A DNA stretch of 64,000 bases, from the NCBI RefSeq assembly GCF_016432865.1, contig NC_067399.1:495070001-495134000 (forward strand), given 5' to 3'. The notes under the pieces were generated by a model. It was not told the DNA's origin and searched no databases. It worked only from the letters and a program-made list of their open reading frames with translations. Shown in pieces: positions 29,511 to 43,728 of the stretch (the first letter of the stretch is position 1; every line of letters begins with the position of its first letter). The stretch comes from Antechinus flavipes. Its lineage: Eukaryota. A program made the position numbers and the translations under genes.

Positions 29511-30524
29511 AGTTTTTTTTAAATAACCCGTTTATTTGCTTTATCTAGAAACAAGGAGGAGCCTTAGTGTTAATTAATTAGGATATCATTGGATCTTACA
29601 GCAGAAAGAATTTTAGAGATCCAGTCCAATCTCATTTGAAGAATCACTTCTAGGAAAGTCCTGGTTTCTTAACTCTTGACACTTAATAGTTGAGGGATTA
29701 TGGGAAAATTATTTAACTTTTCTAAATCTCAGGTTCCTTAACTATTAGACTAATAATTCTTAGGGAGTTAGTAGGATTGAATAATGCTGCATTTGTATCC
29801 AGAAAGATCTGAAGCCTCTGACAATAATTCTCTGAGCACCAACAATTCACTTCACTTCTCAGATAACTGAGAACTTAAGCTTCCAATAACTATTTAATAT
29901 TCTGATGGGAGAGAGTCACACCAAGAAATCACAGCTTTTTGACAGACCTCACAGGCTTGTTGGGAGAAGTTCTTGAAAAATCTTCAAGTGCTATAGAAAT
30001 GTGAATAATTCACATGACTAAGATCTAGGGATGGAAGTGGCTCATAAATACTAATTCCTATCACAAGATAAGTAGATGTGATGGATCTAGGCCATTTTTG
30101 GAGGTCTTAATCACTTGGGAGCTGTTGATTTATAAGACAGGATATATGTATAGTAGTCTCTTTGAAGTTCTCAATTCTCAGTCTTTAAATGGTGTAGAAC
30201 AGCCTTTGACTCCAAGTTCAACTTAATCCTCATAGTTCAGATCACTACTTTATTGTTTAGCTATTATCTCAGAATTATGAGATGCTGGCATCCTGGGAAT
30301 CGGTGAGGTCTAGAGCCTATTTCATGCTTTGTCATAAATGACTCTAAAGGTAGGTATCTACATAGCATCACCAGTCTAACTAGTTCAGCTCCTGTTCCAA
30401 TGCAGAGTTAACACCTATTCAAGCAAATATACTCTTCTTCTCCCATCTTTCCCCACAATTTATCCTTGTCCTGTCCCTCTATGGCACCTTCTGCTTTCAT
30501 TTGTTCCTCTGAAAGTCTTTGCAG

Positions 30525-30671
30525 TTGTTTTTGTTTTTCAAGGCAGTAGGGGTTAAGTGACTTGCCTAAGGTCACGTAGCTAGTAACTTAAGTGTCTGAG
30601 GCTGGATTTGAACTTGGATCCCACTAACTTCAGAGTCTGTGATCTATCCAATTTGCCACCTACCTGGCCCC
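30525..30671 (-). mobile_element. Diverged WSINE1-like SINE
   Basis: ggggttaagtgacttgcctaaggtcac..ggatttgaact..tacctggcccc. Confidence 0.6.
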
Positions 30672-32409
30672 AGTCTTGCAATTGTTAACTTGCTTCCCTT
30701 AATTCTGGTACTCTTCACTTTGGGCTTTCAGGAACTCCTTAGCTACCCTTTGTAGCAGGTACTCCTTTCATTCACTGAACTAGATTAGTAGTAAGAGACT
30801 GCATGAACTTTACTCTTCACTGCCACTTCCAGACCATCCCTTTGTCACCATCATTCAGCATCCTATTCAGAATGTTCATTTCATCCATGATTATCACCAA
30901 CTTGTTGCAGCTATCTGCTGACTTTCTGATTATTCTCCCTTCTTTCTCTCATTCAGTAACTGGTTTTTATGTCTTCCTTTTCACTATAACCTCTACTTTC
31001 ATATTTTTCTAATTAAGACATTTACAGTACTATCTTCTCTAGTACTGAGTTTATAGCCCTCCTAAAAATCTTTTCTCTAATTCATCCCATTGTCTCACCT
31101 CCATGATGCAGATTTCTGAAGTTCCTCTGCCTAATCATAATTTATTCTTCCATTTCTCCTTGTGCCCTCTTTCCTAAACTTAATCTTCATCCTCATCACA
31201 ACCTCATGTTAATTGCTCCCTTAAAAGTTTTGATTTTTGACATTTTCCACCTCAAAAAGAACTATAAATATTTTTGTAGAACTTAGTTTATTTTTGCTTT
31301 TTTGTTTTCTTTTCCCTTTTAATTCTCCCCCTTTTTCTGCTTATTTTCCTGTTGAGTAAAATGCATTTATACCCAATTTTGTGTACATATGTATTTTCCC
31401 CTCCTTTGACCAGTTCAGATAAGAAATCTAACTTTCCATTTTCCTATTCTTCCTTCAGCAAAGAATATTATATTGCCTCCTTTACTGGAAAAATAAAGAG
31501 TTTGTTGCCCCCATCTCCCGCCTTCCAGGCTTCAAAAAAACCCTGTTTATTCCACATTTTCATCTTTGTTCCAGTCTTCTGTAGAGGCTGTGATGCTCAG
31601 AGGGGACTTCCACTCTTCCTTCACAATTCCCACAGTGGAGCCAGTTATTAGTCAGAGTACAAAATCACATACTGAGCATGCTTCTAGCCTTCAAATAAGG
31701 TCCATGTGTCATCAGTTTTGTGTATACTTGACCCCTCCATCACAATCAGACCTGGCTTTAGAATTTGAAGTTAAATCAGTACTATGATCTCTTCTGGAAA
31801 GAACCTATCAATTTGCTGTCTAATTGGTCAAATCAATATACCTGTGACTCCTTTGATTGAACTTCCCTATGTGTTATCTTCCCCATCAGAAGATAAGGCA
31901 GGGATTATCACAGTTTTGCATTTGTGCTTAATATAAAAGTTCACAAGTGCTTAATTGTCCTCCTGGGTCTGAAGAGGTGGGCTTCTACTATTTGTAATCT
32001 TGATTCTTCCCCATTGTCTTTTTAAGAATTTTTCTTTTTTAATTCTCCTTTTGCTTGTCTTTAGTCTCTCACCTACTTCTTTACTCCCTATAACTATGGC
32101 TAGATTCTTTACCTGTCCCCTTCTTTAAAGCTCTACATAATCCTACTGTCCTAATTCTTTTAACTATCTTAAATATGGAGGTTCTGATTAGTGCAAATAA
32201 TCCTCTGAAGTGGTTATATATATTTGAAATTATGAGTATGTAAAATATCTTACCCAGTTCCAGCCTAGTAAAAATAGGCAAATTCCTATAAAGGGTTGCC
32301 TTTATCTTTTCACTGTGTAGTCACTACACAGTACCGTGAAATTTGGCTTTTCTGGAAAACACATCATTTAAAATTCCTCTCTCCATTATTAATAATGATA
32401 CATTTTTTC

Positions 32410-33230
32410 TTTTGATCTTGCTCCTTTTTTTATGATCTCTTAGGGATACAATTCCAGAAATGGGATTGCTAGGTCAAAAAGTATGCACAGTTTGATAGTA
32501 CTTTGGGCATAGTTCCAAATAGTTTTCCAGAATGGTGGGTCATTTCACAATTCCACCAACAATGTATTAATGTTCTAGTTTTCCTACATCCTCTCCAACA
32601 TTTATCATTATCTTTTCCTGTCATTTAGCCAACCTGAGAGGTGTGAGGTAGTACTTTAGAATTGTTTTAATTCATATTTTTCTAATGGTGATTTAGGGCT
32701 TTTTTTTTTCATATAATTATAGATGACTGATTTCTTCATTTGCAAATTGTCTGTTCATAACTTTTGACCATTTATTAATTAAGAAATGACTTGTATTATA
32801 AATTTGACTCAGTTCTTTATGTATTAGAATGAGGCCTTTATCAGAAAACACTGGCTGTATAAATTATTTCTCAGCTTTCTGCTTCCCTTCTAATCTTGGC
32901 TAACTTGGCTTTGTACAAAGTTTTTTGAATGTAATTTAGGCAAAATTATCCATTTTGCATTTCATAATGTTTTCTATTTCTTTGGCCATAAATTCCTCCC
33001 TTCTCAACAGATCAGATTTTTTACTCTCCTAATTTGCTTATAGTAATATTCTTTGTATAAATCATGAACCCATTTTGACCTCATCTTGGTTTAGGGTGTT
33101 AGATGTTGGTCAGCACCTAGTTTCTGTCATAGTAATTTTCCAATTTTCCCAGCAAGTTTTTTCAAATCGTATCCCAGAAGCTGGAGTCTTTTGGTTTGTC
33201 AAACACTAGATTATTATAGTCACTGACTAT
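32410..33230 (-). mobile_element. Decayed L1 ORF2 fragment
   Basis: Colinear with the L1 ORF2 C-terminal DNA at 22150-22850. Confidence 0.8.
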
Positions 33231-33334
33231 TGCAAATAATCTAATTCCTAACCTAAAGATTCTACCCCCAAATAACATTTCCACCATAATGCCTCTTCCT
33301 ATCCCCTGAAGGGTTCTTCCCTGATCTCCAAAGC

Positions 33335-34382
33335 CCTCACCCCCATCCAAGGTTTCAGACCAAGTAAGAAACAGTTCATGCTCTTATCTTCACTTATTCA
33401 ACCTCTTTGGGGTTCAGCTCCTGGGCCTTCTTCATTTTTAAATCTATTCACATGTAGTCAGAGGAGTCACTGCACCATTATGTTGATCCAAGGAAGTTTT
33501 TCATCTCAAAGATGAATAGATCTATTCATATTTTTTCAGATATTCAGATAATAGCCATGATTATCTGGGTACAGGGTTTGGAAACCCTTGATATGTATTG
33601 TAATTAGAAGTCAAGGTCCATCACGTAGTCAATGGAAGAGCCAAAGAGGCCACCCAAGATATCCTGCTTAAGAAATGGATACTCCTAGCTTGGTGAAGGC
33701 CGCAAGGATCTATAACTCTCTAAGCAGCCGCAGGGCACGGGCCAAAAGAGATGGGTGTTGACATTAACATAGAACATCGGGCATAAGATGCTGCGCTCCA
33801 CTGCCAGCAGCACATTCTTCTTGTACATGTCATTTAGGGAGATGCTGAAGTTGAACAGCATGCTGAGACAAGGTAGGTTTTGTGTAGAAGCAATGATACC
33901 CCAGGCAAATTTAGCATAAGAGGAATGGTCAGTTTGAACCACAGGTAGGGAAACAAGATATTGAAAGCAATGGTAGCTAATGGCCCACCTTGCAGAAAAC
34001 TACCCCAGCATACTTTAGACAAAGGTTGTTGGAGGTGATCATGACAATGAAGATCATGGAGCAAGATGTCCCAGAAAAACTTCATGTGCATCTGCACAGA
34101 GGGGCAGTGCACAGTGCTGGTCATAGCTGGGAATTTTGCAAAGGAGGATGGTCACCATACAATAGTAGAAAATGACAAAGATCAAGTAGTCCAGCTGAAA
34201 CTAGAGACTGTTCAGTTTTTTTCAAGAAGACCATAAACACAGAGGTGAACCAGTAAAGGGAAAGCACCAGGTCAATCTGCATTGTCTTCAGTAAAAATGA
34301 TTTCTACCCTGACACTCCCTTTACTAATGGCTCTAAAGATTTTCTAAGGTCCAGAAATCTCTTTAGGGAAGATTCTGTTCAT
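33335..34382 (-). pseudogene. SLC35C1: Processed pseudogene of the Golgi GDP-fucose transporter SLC35C1
   Basis: Colinear minus-strand blocks MNR (ATG 34382), FLLKTMQIDLVLSLYWFTSVFMVFLKK, IFVIFYYCMVTILLCK, MITSNNLCLKYAGVVFCKVG, SISLNDMYKKNVLLAVERSI, GGLFGSSIDYV, KPCTQIIMAII, MKKAQELNPKE, MGV match recalled SLC35C1. Intronless, with many stops and frameshifts. Confidence 0.85.
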
Positions 34383-34869
34383 GGCAAAGATGAGAAAAAT
34401 TAAGGTCATTTATGCAGCCTAGAAAATCGGGTCCAGGCACTGATCCTTAGGAGAGGTGAGTAAAGGGAGAAGCTGGTGAGAAAGGGCAGAAAGTCTTTGC
34501 AATATGGGAGAGATGATGAGAGACACCAATGTTAGAGATGAGGAATTTCATAAAATCATAGAATGTTAAAAGTGGAAGGAAATCTTAGAACAGAGAACAC
34601 AAAATTGGATCTGGAGGAGATCCTAGAATGGAGATCACAAAATAGCAGAGTGGACACAGGGGATGTTAAAATCTTGGGGGATCCTTAGCTCAAAGAATGT
34701 TAAATAACAAAGGATGTTAGGGACTAATAGATACCTTATAACACAGAATATTAGAAAAATCAAGAATCTTGGAACGTAGATTATTATAATTTAACTATAG
34801 AATGGTTAGAAATAGAAATAGTCTTTTAAAAAATAGAATGTTTAGAGGTATAATAAAGGAAATGGAATA

Positions 34870-35600
34870 TTAATTTTCTTTTTAAAATATTTAATGGTAT
34901 TTTATTTTTTCCAATTTCATGTGAATTCAATTTTCAAAATTCATTTTTTGAAAGATGAGTTTAAAAAAAATTTTTTTCCCTCCCTTCCTTCCCTCATCCT
35001 CAAAATGGCAAGTAATCTGATGGATTTCCATAGTAGTCATGTTGTGAAAGAAGAAATAAAAGAAAAAAAAAAACATGAAAAAAATAAGTGAAATAATATG
35101 CTCCAATCTGCATTGCTGCAGTTGTTCTTTTTCTGGATATGGTTAGCATTTTCCATCATGAGTCTTTTAGGATTGTCTTTGATCAGTGTATTGCTGAGAA
35201 GAGCTATTGAATCAGAGTTGATCACTGTACAATATTACTATTATATACAATGTTCTGGTTCTGCTCACTTCATTCAGCATCAGTTCAAGTCTTTCCAGAT
35301 TTTTCTGAAATCTGCCCACTCATCATTTCTTATAGCACAATAGTATTCCAACTATATTCATATATCTTAATGAGCATCTCTTCAATTTCTAGTTCTTTGC
35401 CACCACAAAAAAGAGCTATAAATATTTTTGTACATATAGATCCTTTTCCCTTTTTTATGATCTCTTAGAGATAGAGACCTAGAAGTGATATTGCTGAATT
35501 GAAAGGTATGCACAGTTTTATAGTCCTTTGGGCATAGTTCCAAATTGTTCTCCAGAATGGTTGGAGACTCCAGCATCTCCAGCAACAGTGCATTAGTGTT
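34870..35600 (-). mobile_element. Old L1 3' end fragment
   Basis: L1 3' UTR then ORF2-end sequence homologous to 10200-10760. Confidence 0.75.
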
Positions 35601-35829
35601 CAAATTAGGAAATGGAGTATTAATTAGTGCAAGAAGGAATCTTACCAAAAAAAACATTAAACAGAAAGAACTTTAGCACACATTGTTAAAGATAAAAGAA
35701 CTTTCATCATAGAATGCTAAGAACTCAAAGAAACCTATCTCCAATGAAATGGAGTGTTAGAGCATGAAGGAATCTTTAGAGATGGTTTTATCAAGACCCT
35801 TTATTTCACAGGTGGGAAGGCCTAATTAT

Positions 35830-36680
35830 CGCCTAATACTTCTACTGGCTTATCTCCTTATTTTTCTTTTCCTCCTTGCAGCTTTTGACACATTAGACCA
35901 CTACTTTTCCCTTGGCTTCTGTGGCTCTGCCTCTCTTGGTTCTGACTGTGTTCAGGAATTCTTGAAATTCTCTTATCTGATTACAATCCATTGTCATTTC
36001 ACCTCCACCTTTGTCTTGCAAACCCAAATCCCATTCTTTGTCCTCCCTGAAACCTCTCCTCTTAATCCTTCCACTCCTCAAGTCTTTTCCAGACCATCAG
36101 CCTCTACTGACTACACTCATCAACCTTCCTTATCTTTATCCCTTAATGAACCTGTTCAATACCAAACTTTCCTCTTCTTTTGAATATTCCTTCCTTATAT
36201 TGCCAGTCTTGTCTTACCTGGCCACAGCCTTGGATTTATGACAAATTAAAAGCTCAAGACACATAGTTTCTGTATAACTAATACTTTAATTATGGTTAGC
36301 AAATAATCAATAAATTGAGTCCAGTGGCTCTGTAAAAACACTCAATTACACTGACCTTGTTCCTCACACTTCTTGATTCTGACCATTTTCAAGAACTGTC
36401 CGACATTCTTGGAACACTCTTCTCTCTTCATTCTGGCTTTCCTGGTTTCCTTCAAACCTCACTTAAAATCTTTTCTTCAAAGCAACTTCTTTGAGAAGCC
36501 TTCTTTAATTTTAGTGCCTTTCTTCCGAGATTATCTTGTATATAACTTGGATTTGGCTTCCCTATTAGATTGTAAGCTACTTGTAGTTTCTGTGTTTTTG
36601 TTTTTGCCCCTTTTGCCCCTTCTTTGAATCTCCTGCACTAGTGCCTGGCACATAGTAGGCTCTTAAATGCTTATTTGCTT
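35830..36680 (+). mobile_element. L2 (CR1 clade) fossil
   Basis: RT remnant AAFDTLDH and L2-type 3' end gtgcctggcacatagtaggctcttaaatgctt. Confidence 0.65.
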
Positions 36681-36904
36681 TTGAGGTGTGTGTGTATGAT
36701 TATGAGCTAGGTGGTCCAGGCCTGGAGTCAAGAAGATCCAGGCTCAGACTAATGTCTGATCCTGTGGATCTCACTTAGCACTATTTGCTTCAGTTTACCC
36801 ACCTGTAAAATGAACTAGAGGAGATGGCAAACACTCCAGTATCTTTATCAAGAAAAACCTAAATGAGGTCATGAAATCAAACAGGATTGAAACTGAACAG
36901 CAAT

Positions 36905-36955
36905 TATACATATATATATTTATATGTATATTTGTATATTATACATATATATACT
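36905..36955. repeat. (TA)-rich simple repeat
   Basis: Seen directly, just after a MAR1-like SINE (about 36705-36900). Confidence 0.7.
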
Positions 36956-38069
36956 TTCTTGCTAGGTAATCTCATCAGTTCTCAAGGATTCAGCTATCTT
37001 TATGCAAATGAATCCCTAGATATTCAATTTATCTGATACCCTATTGAACATTTCCATCTGACCATCCAGAAAACATATCAAAATAAACATATCTAAAAAG
37101 AGAGCTTAGGTTTCCCCCCAAAATCCATCCTCTCTACTAAAAGTTCTTATTTTTGTTTTTCCAAGATCCTTCCCCTTCTCTCATACAGCCTCTGCCCTAC
37201 TAGTCAGGCTTTTTTCACCTCTTATCTGAACTTGGTGACTTTCTAGTTGACGGCTCTGCCTTCAGTAATAAATACTTGACAGTAATCTCTTTTCAATCAG
37301 TTCTCTGAGTAACTTTCAAACTGATACTCCTAAAGCAGATCTAAAACCATGTCATTCCCTTACTAAAAAAAAAAAAAAATGGTTCCCAGTTGCCACAAAG
37401 ATAAAATATGAAATCCCCAGCCTGGAATTTAGGCCCATAGAGTTAGAGCTGGCCATATAGTCTGATAGCCTCCTCTAAGAGATAATTAAGACTTTCAGTG
37501 ATTAGGTAACTTAAGGTCATATGGCTCTTTGAGAGGTTTCAGACTCAGGTCTTCTGAAGGCCAGCTCCAGCATTCTATGCATTAAACCTAGAGGAGCCTC
37601 CACAGTCTGGCTCCAGCGTACCTTTCCAGTTTTATTCCCTCTAATCCCTCCCCTACGCTCACTTTCCACTGTACTCTTCCCAAGACACAACATTCCCTCC
37701 TCCCCTGCAACCCCGGGATTTGTACCAGATACTTTTTTTGCATTTCATTTCCTCTGATTTACACCTAGTTGAATTTTTCTTCAGAGTTCAGGTACTACCT
37801 CTTCCACTCTTTCCTTTAAAGTGCTTTTATTTTGTATTTTTAATGTATTTTGTATTATTTTTATCAGTTTTTATTTTTGATTGATATTTTATTTTAAAAA
37901 TAATTTACTCCTTATATTGTTTTCCTGAATGCACCTACTTTGTAGCTGTTGTGATCCCCACTAGCACAAGCAGGTCATAGTGGTTTATTTTTACTTTTTG
38001 CATCCTCAGAGCTTAGCATAAGGCCTTGCACATAGTAGGGGCTTCATTTTTGGCTTGAAGCCTTTTCAA

Positions 38070-40392
<2,323 letters not shown>

Positions 40393-41013
40393 GCTGTCTT
40401 CCTTTGTCCCTGCTGGATGTACTCTGTGCCATGACCCACCTAGCTGTCCTTCCTCAACCCAGCTAAAGGGGGTGATGAGTATTGCCTAGGACAGTGACAT
40501 AATCTCCAAGCTTCAGTTTTCTCAATTATTACATGGAGATACCCGTCTTACTACCTGCCTCACAAGATTGTTTTGAAGAAAGCATTTTCTAAACTATAAA
40601 GTGACACAGAAACGAGATTTGTTTTTAACCCAATGGGGAAAAAGGGAAGGAGTAAAGTACCCCACTACATTCCAACTTTCTTTGCAAACATTTTGTACTC
40701 TTAAGGATCAGCTGACCCAATAGATGAGGAGAAAGGCTGAGACCAAATAACAGGTCAGCCCAGCTGCCTAGTCAGCTGATTCCGTCCCCCTGTGACCAAA
40801 ATAAGCATTTTTATAGCCTAGGTGAGGAACTTTGTTTAGTGTCTATACTCTATGTCTCATTGTCCTGCTTGGTCCTTGTGATTGAATCTAAATGCTGCTT
40901 ATGTCAATACTGCTCATTTAGAATTTTAGCTCACCACCATTCCTGGAAAAAGAGTAATGTTTGCCATCCTTATTCTATTCCCTGCCCACTGCTAGCAAGG
41001 GAAGTTTGTACTG

Positions 41014-41019
41014 AATAAA
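41014..41019 (+). terminator. Candidate ZSWIM1 poly(A) signal (a second one at 41171-41176)
   Basis: Canonical AATAAA hexamers after the stop. Confidence 0.5.
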
Positions 41020-41329
41020 GGCTTATAGCAAAGCTACTAAGTCAAATGATTGCTGCTACCATAGAAATAGGAAAAGAGTATCTCCCTTCCTCCTCCTCCT
41101 TCCCAATCAGTTTTTGTAATCTTAGGTTATTGCACTATTTTCTGGCCAAACTCATTTTCCTGTTAAAGTGAATAAACTTCCCAGCCCTTGGTAGTATTGA
41201 AATGCTGGTGTGTAGACATCATATACTTCCCAGATATTGTACCATCCCCTGCAGAAATGGGTCCCCCATCTAGCTGCCCAATAACCATACAGAGAAGCCA
41301 CCCAGTGAGTCTAGTGCAATTTCATCTGG

Positions 41330-41973
41330 CTACAAGCAGGAACCAGGACCCTGACTCCTTCTGGGCCCCACCAGTGGGGCCTGGCCAAGCATCATGTGAG
41401 ACTGGGCCTGACCCCACCTCCCCTCAGTAGCCCCCTCAGGCTCTGGATGGGCCATCATGAAGGCCTGGGCAGCCCGGATCATGTCCTCTTCCCTCAGGCC
41501 TGGGACAGGCACAGTGGGGATGCCAGCAATCATCATAGCCAATGTGAGAATGCAGATGTCAGGCTGGGAACCAGGCTCTTTGCCCCCTGCCTCTTTGGGC
41601 ATCAGCAGGGCCCCTGGAGATAGCCCACAGAGCAGCAGTGGCCCATGCCCCCCAAGGCTACCCATCTGCCCTCCAGCCAACTGAGGGACCCTGCCCCGTG
41701 GGCAACCATCTTCCCAGCCCAGGTTCTCAAGCTGCCTCACATGAGGAAATTTTCTGCAGTATCTGCCATGATACTCTTTCCGCCGAAGCGGCTCCCAGCC
41801 AGCCCCCCCTGGGCAGATCCCAGGCTCTGGTGTAGGTAGAGAGTGACCCCAGGACTGGGGAGCTGCCTGACGCTCAGCTTTCTGGCTTAGCGGACCTGGC
41901 CCTCCAGGGGCTACCACCACTGGCTCCATGGGACCATAGAGGCTGAGAGAGGAGTTTGGAGGGCCTGCCCCAC
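41330..41973 (-). CDS. SPATA25: Spermatogenesis-associated 25, exon 2
   Basis: tctgcag|GTGGGGCA; ..[58 protein letters not shown]. Confidence 0.93.
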
Positions 41974-42414
41974 CTGCAGAGACAGGAATGAGATAGAAAG
42001 TGATTTACAACCCCTATGATACCTTGAGGGTGATGCATAACTATAAAAACTGGCTGGGATCCAGCAAAGGGGAAGTTCAGGTCATCAAACATTTTTAACA
42101 TTATATGGTCTAAAATTAGAAAGGGCCCTTAGAGATCATCTAGGCCAGTGCCCTCATTTTTCAGATAAGGCAATCCAGAGACATCAAATAAATTGCATTA
42201 GGGTACATAAATAAATGATAGAGCTGGGATTTGATTAGGTATTCTGACTGTTAAGTTCCAGTATCAATCTAGGTGCCACCTTGCCTTTACCTTTGGGATA
42301 GCAGCTTTAAGGCTATACTTTCCCAGGAGGGATAACAACAACCTGGGACACTGCATATAGGTGACATGTCAGGGGTAGTCTTGTTCCTCTAATCCAAAGA
42401 AACCATCATCTTAC

Positions 42415-42469
42415 CTTGGCCAGAAGTAAGGAGACCCGAATGAGCTCTCTGTGTCATGAAGTAGGACAT
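42415..42469 (-). CDS. SPATA25: SPATA25 exon 1
   Basis: gccATG; MSYFMTQRAHSGLLTSGQG; donor caag|gtaaga; 55 nt; spliced product 232 aa. Confidence 0.9.
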
Positions 42470-43599
42470 GGCTCCCACAGGGGCCCCAGGTTGTGAGGGA
42501 ACAGTAGGACAATTCCTTCATGTCCTACCCCGCTCACCCTTCTAGAACCCACCTCACAACCCTAGGCTGTGTTAGCTGGAATCTACCTCATAGAACTGGC
42601 TTGTCCATTCTAGAACCAGTGTACCTCTCTGTGCTCAACCGAGGCAAAGGAGCCTGTGGAACATTAACAGTGCTGTGTTGTGGAAAAAGTAGCATCTGGG
42701 GAGTCACACAACATGGGTTGTTCAAACCTATGCTCTTTATTTGTGTGACCCTGGCCAAGTCATTTAACCATAGCCTAAGTATCCTTATTTTTAAGAGTAC
42801 AGTTTTGGACTAGATCCCCGATGTGCTTTCCAGTTCTAAATCTTTTGATTAGGAATCTAGAGATTTGAAGGGAAAGGGGGAAGGGGTTTGGTCCTACTAC
42901 TAACCTGCATCTGAGTTTGGGCATAGCACTAAGTCTGGCTCATTTAAAATGGGCTGTCAAGCTACTGCTAAAGGACCAAATCAGGCAATTTCTTGGCCTC
43001 AGTCCACATGAGCTAAGAATGTTTTTTACATTTTTTCAAAGGTAAAAACCATTCTAGATGGGGGTATACCAAAAAAAAAAAAAAAGAAGAAGTTGACTCA
43101 GTTTGTCAATGATCTTTGCTCCTAGAACAAGAGCTATGCTTTAAATTGTTCCCAGTCCTAAGATGTCTAGTAGAATAGAAACAATGAACCAAACCCTACT
43201 TCACCCTCCCTCCCCCCAACTAGGAGATTTGGATTCTTGTCCTAGTCTTACAAAATAAATAGGTATTCTTGCCCAAATCATTTCAACTCCCCATCTCTTG
43301 ATTTCACCATCTATATATTCACCCTTGCCTAGCCTACTTGACAGATCTTTTGAGAATTAAATAATATAAAAATCTGAAAAATATAAGACACTGAGTATAC
43401 ATTAGAAGACAAAAGGGCAAGAAGCCCTGATCTAAGAATCACCCAAATGTGAACTCATCATTTCTTTTATTATGACTTCTAGCAGGGTGGCCCTAAAGGG
43501 CTCATTTTACAGTAGGGCAAGTTCTTTCAAAGATCTGGCTTTAAGTAAAGGCATTAGGGACAGGCGTTCCTGAGGCTGAGACACCTGGCACTAGGGAAT

Positions 43600-43605
43600 T
43601 TTATT
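43600..43605 (-). terminator. NEURL2 poly(A) signal
   Basis: AATAAA 7 nt after the stop codon. Confidence 0.65.
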
Positions 43606-43612
43606 GGGGACC

Positions 43613-43728
43613 TCACTCATACTTGCAGAAATCCTTGAGGCCTGTGGGCAGGTGCAGCCCATCGATGGCAAGTCTATGTATCACACTTCTCTGAATGACA
43701 ATGCGGCACAAGGTCTGAAGGGAAGGCA
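43613..43728 (-). CDS. NEURL2: NEURL2 exon 2 (SOCS box)
   Basis: ctttctctgcag|TGCCTTCC; LPSLQTLCRIVIQRSVIHRLAIDGLHLPTGLKDFCKYE*. Confidence 0.95.

Noticed and set aside
32192-33241. 11-bp direct repeat tgcaaataatc (32192-32202, 33231-33241) as a TSD for the L1 or the retrocopy
   Set aside because: No poly(A/T) tail adjoins either copy, so it cannot be tied to an insertion.
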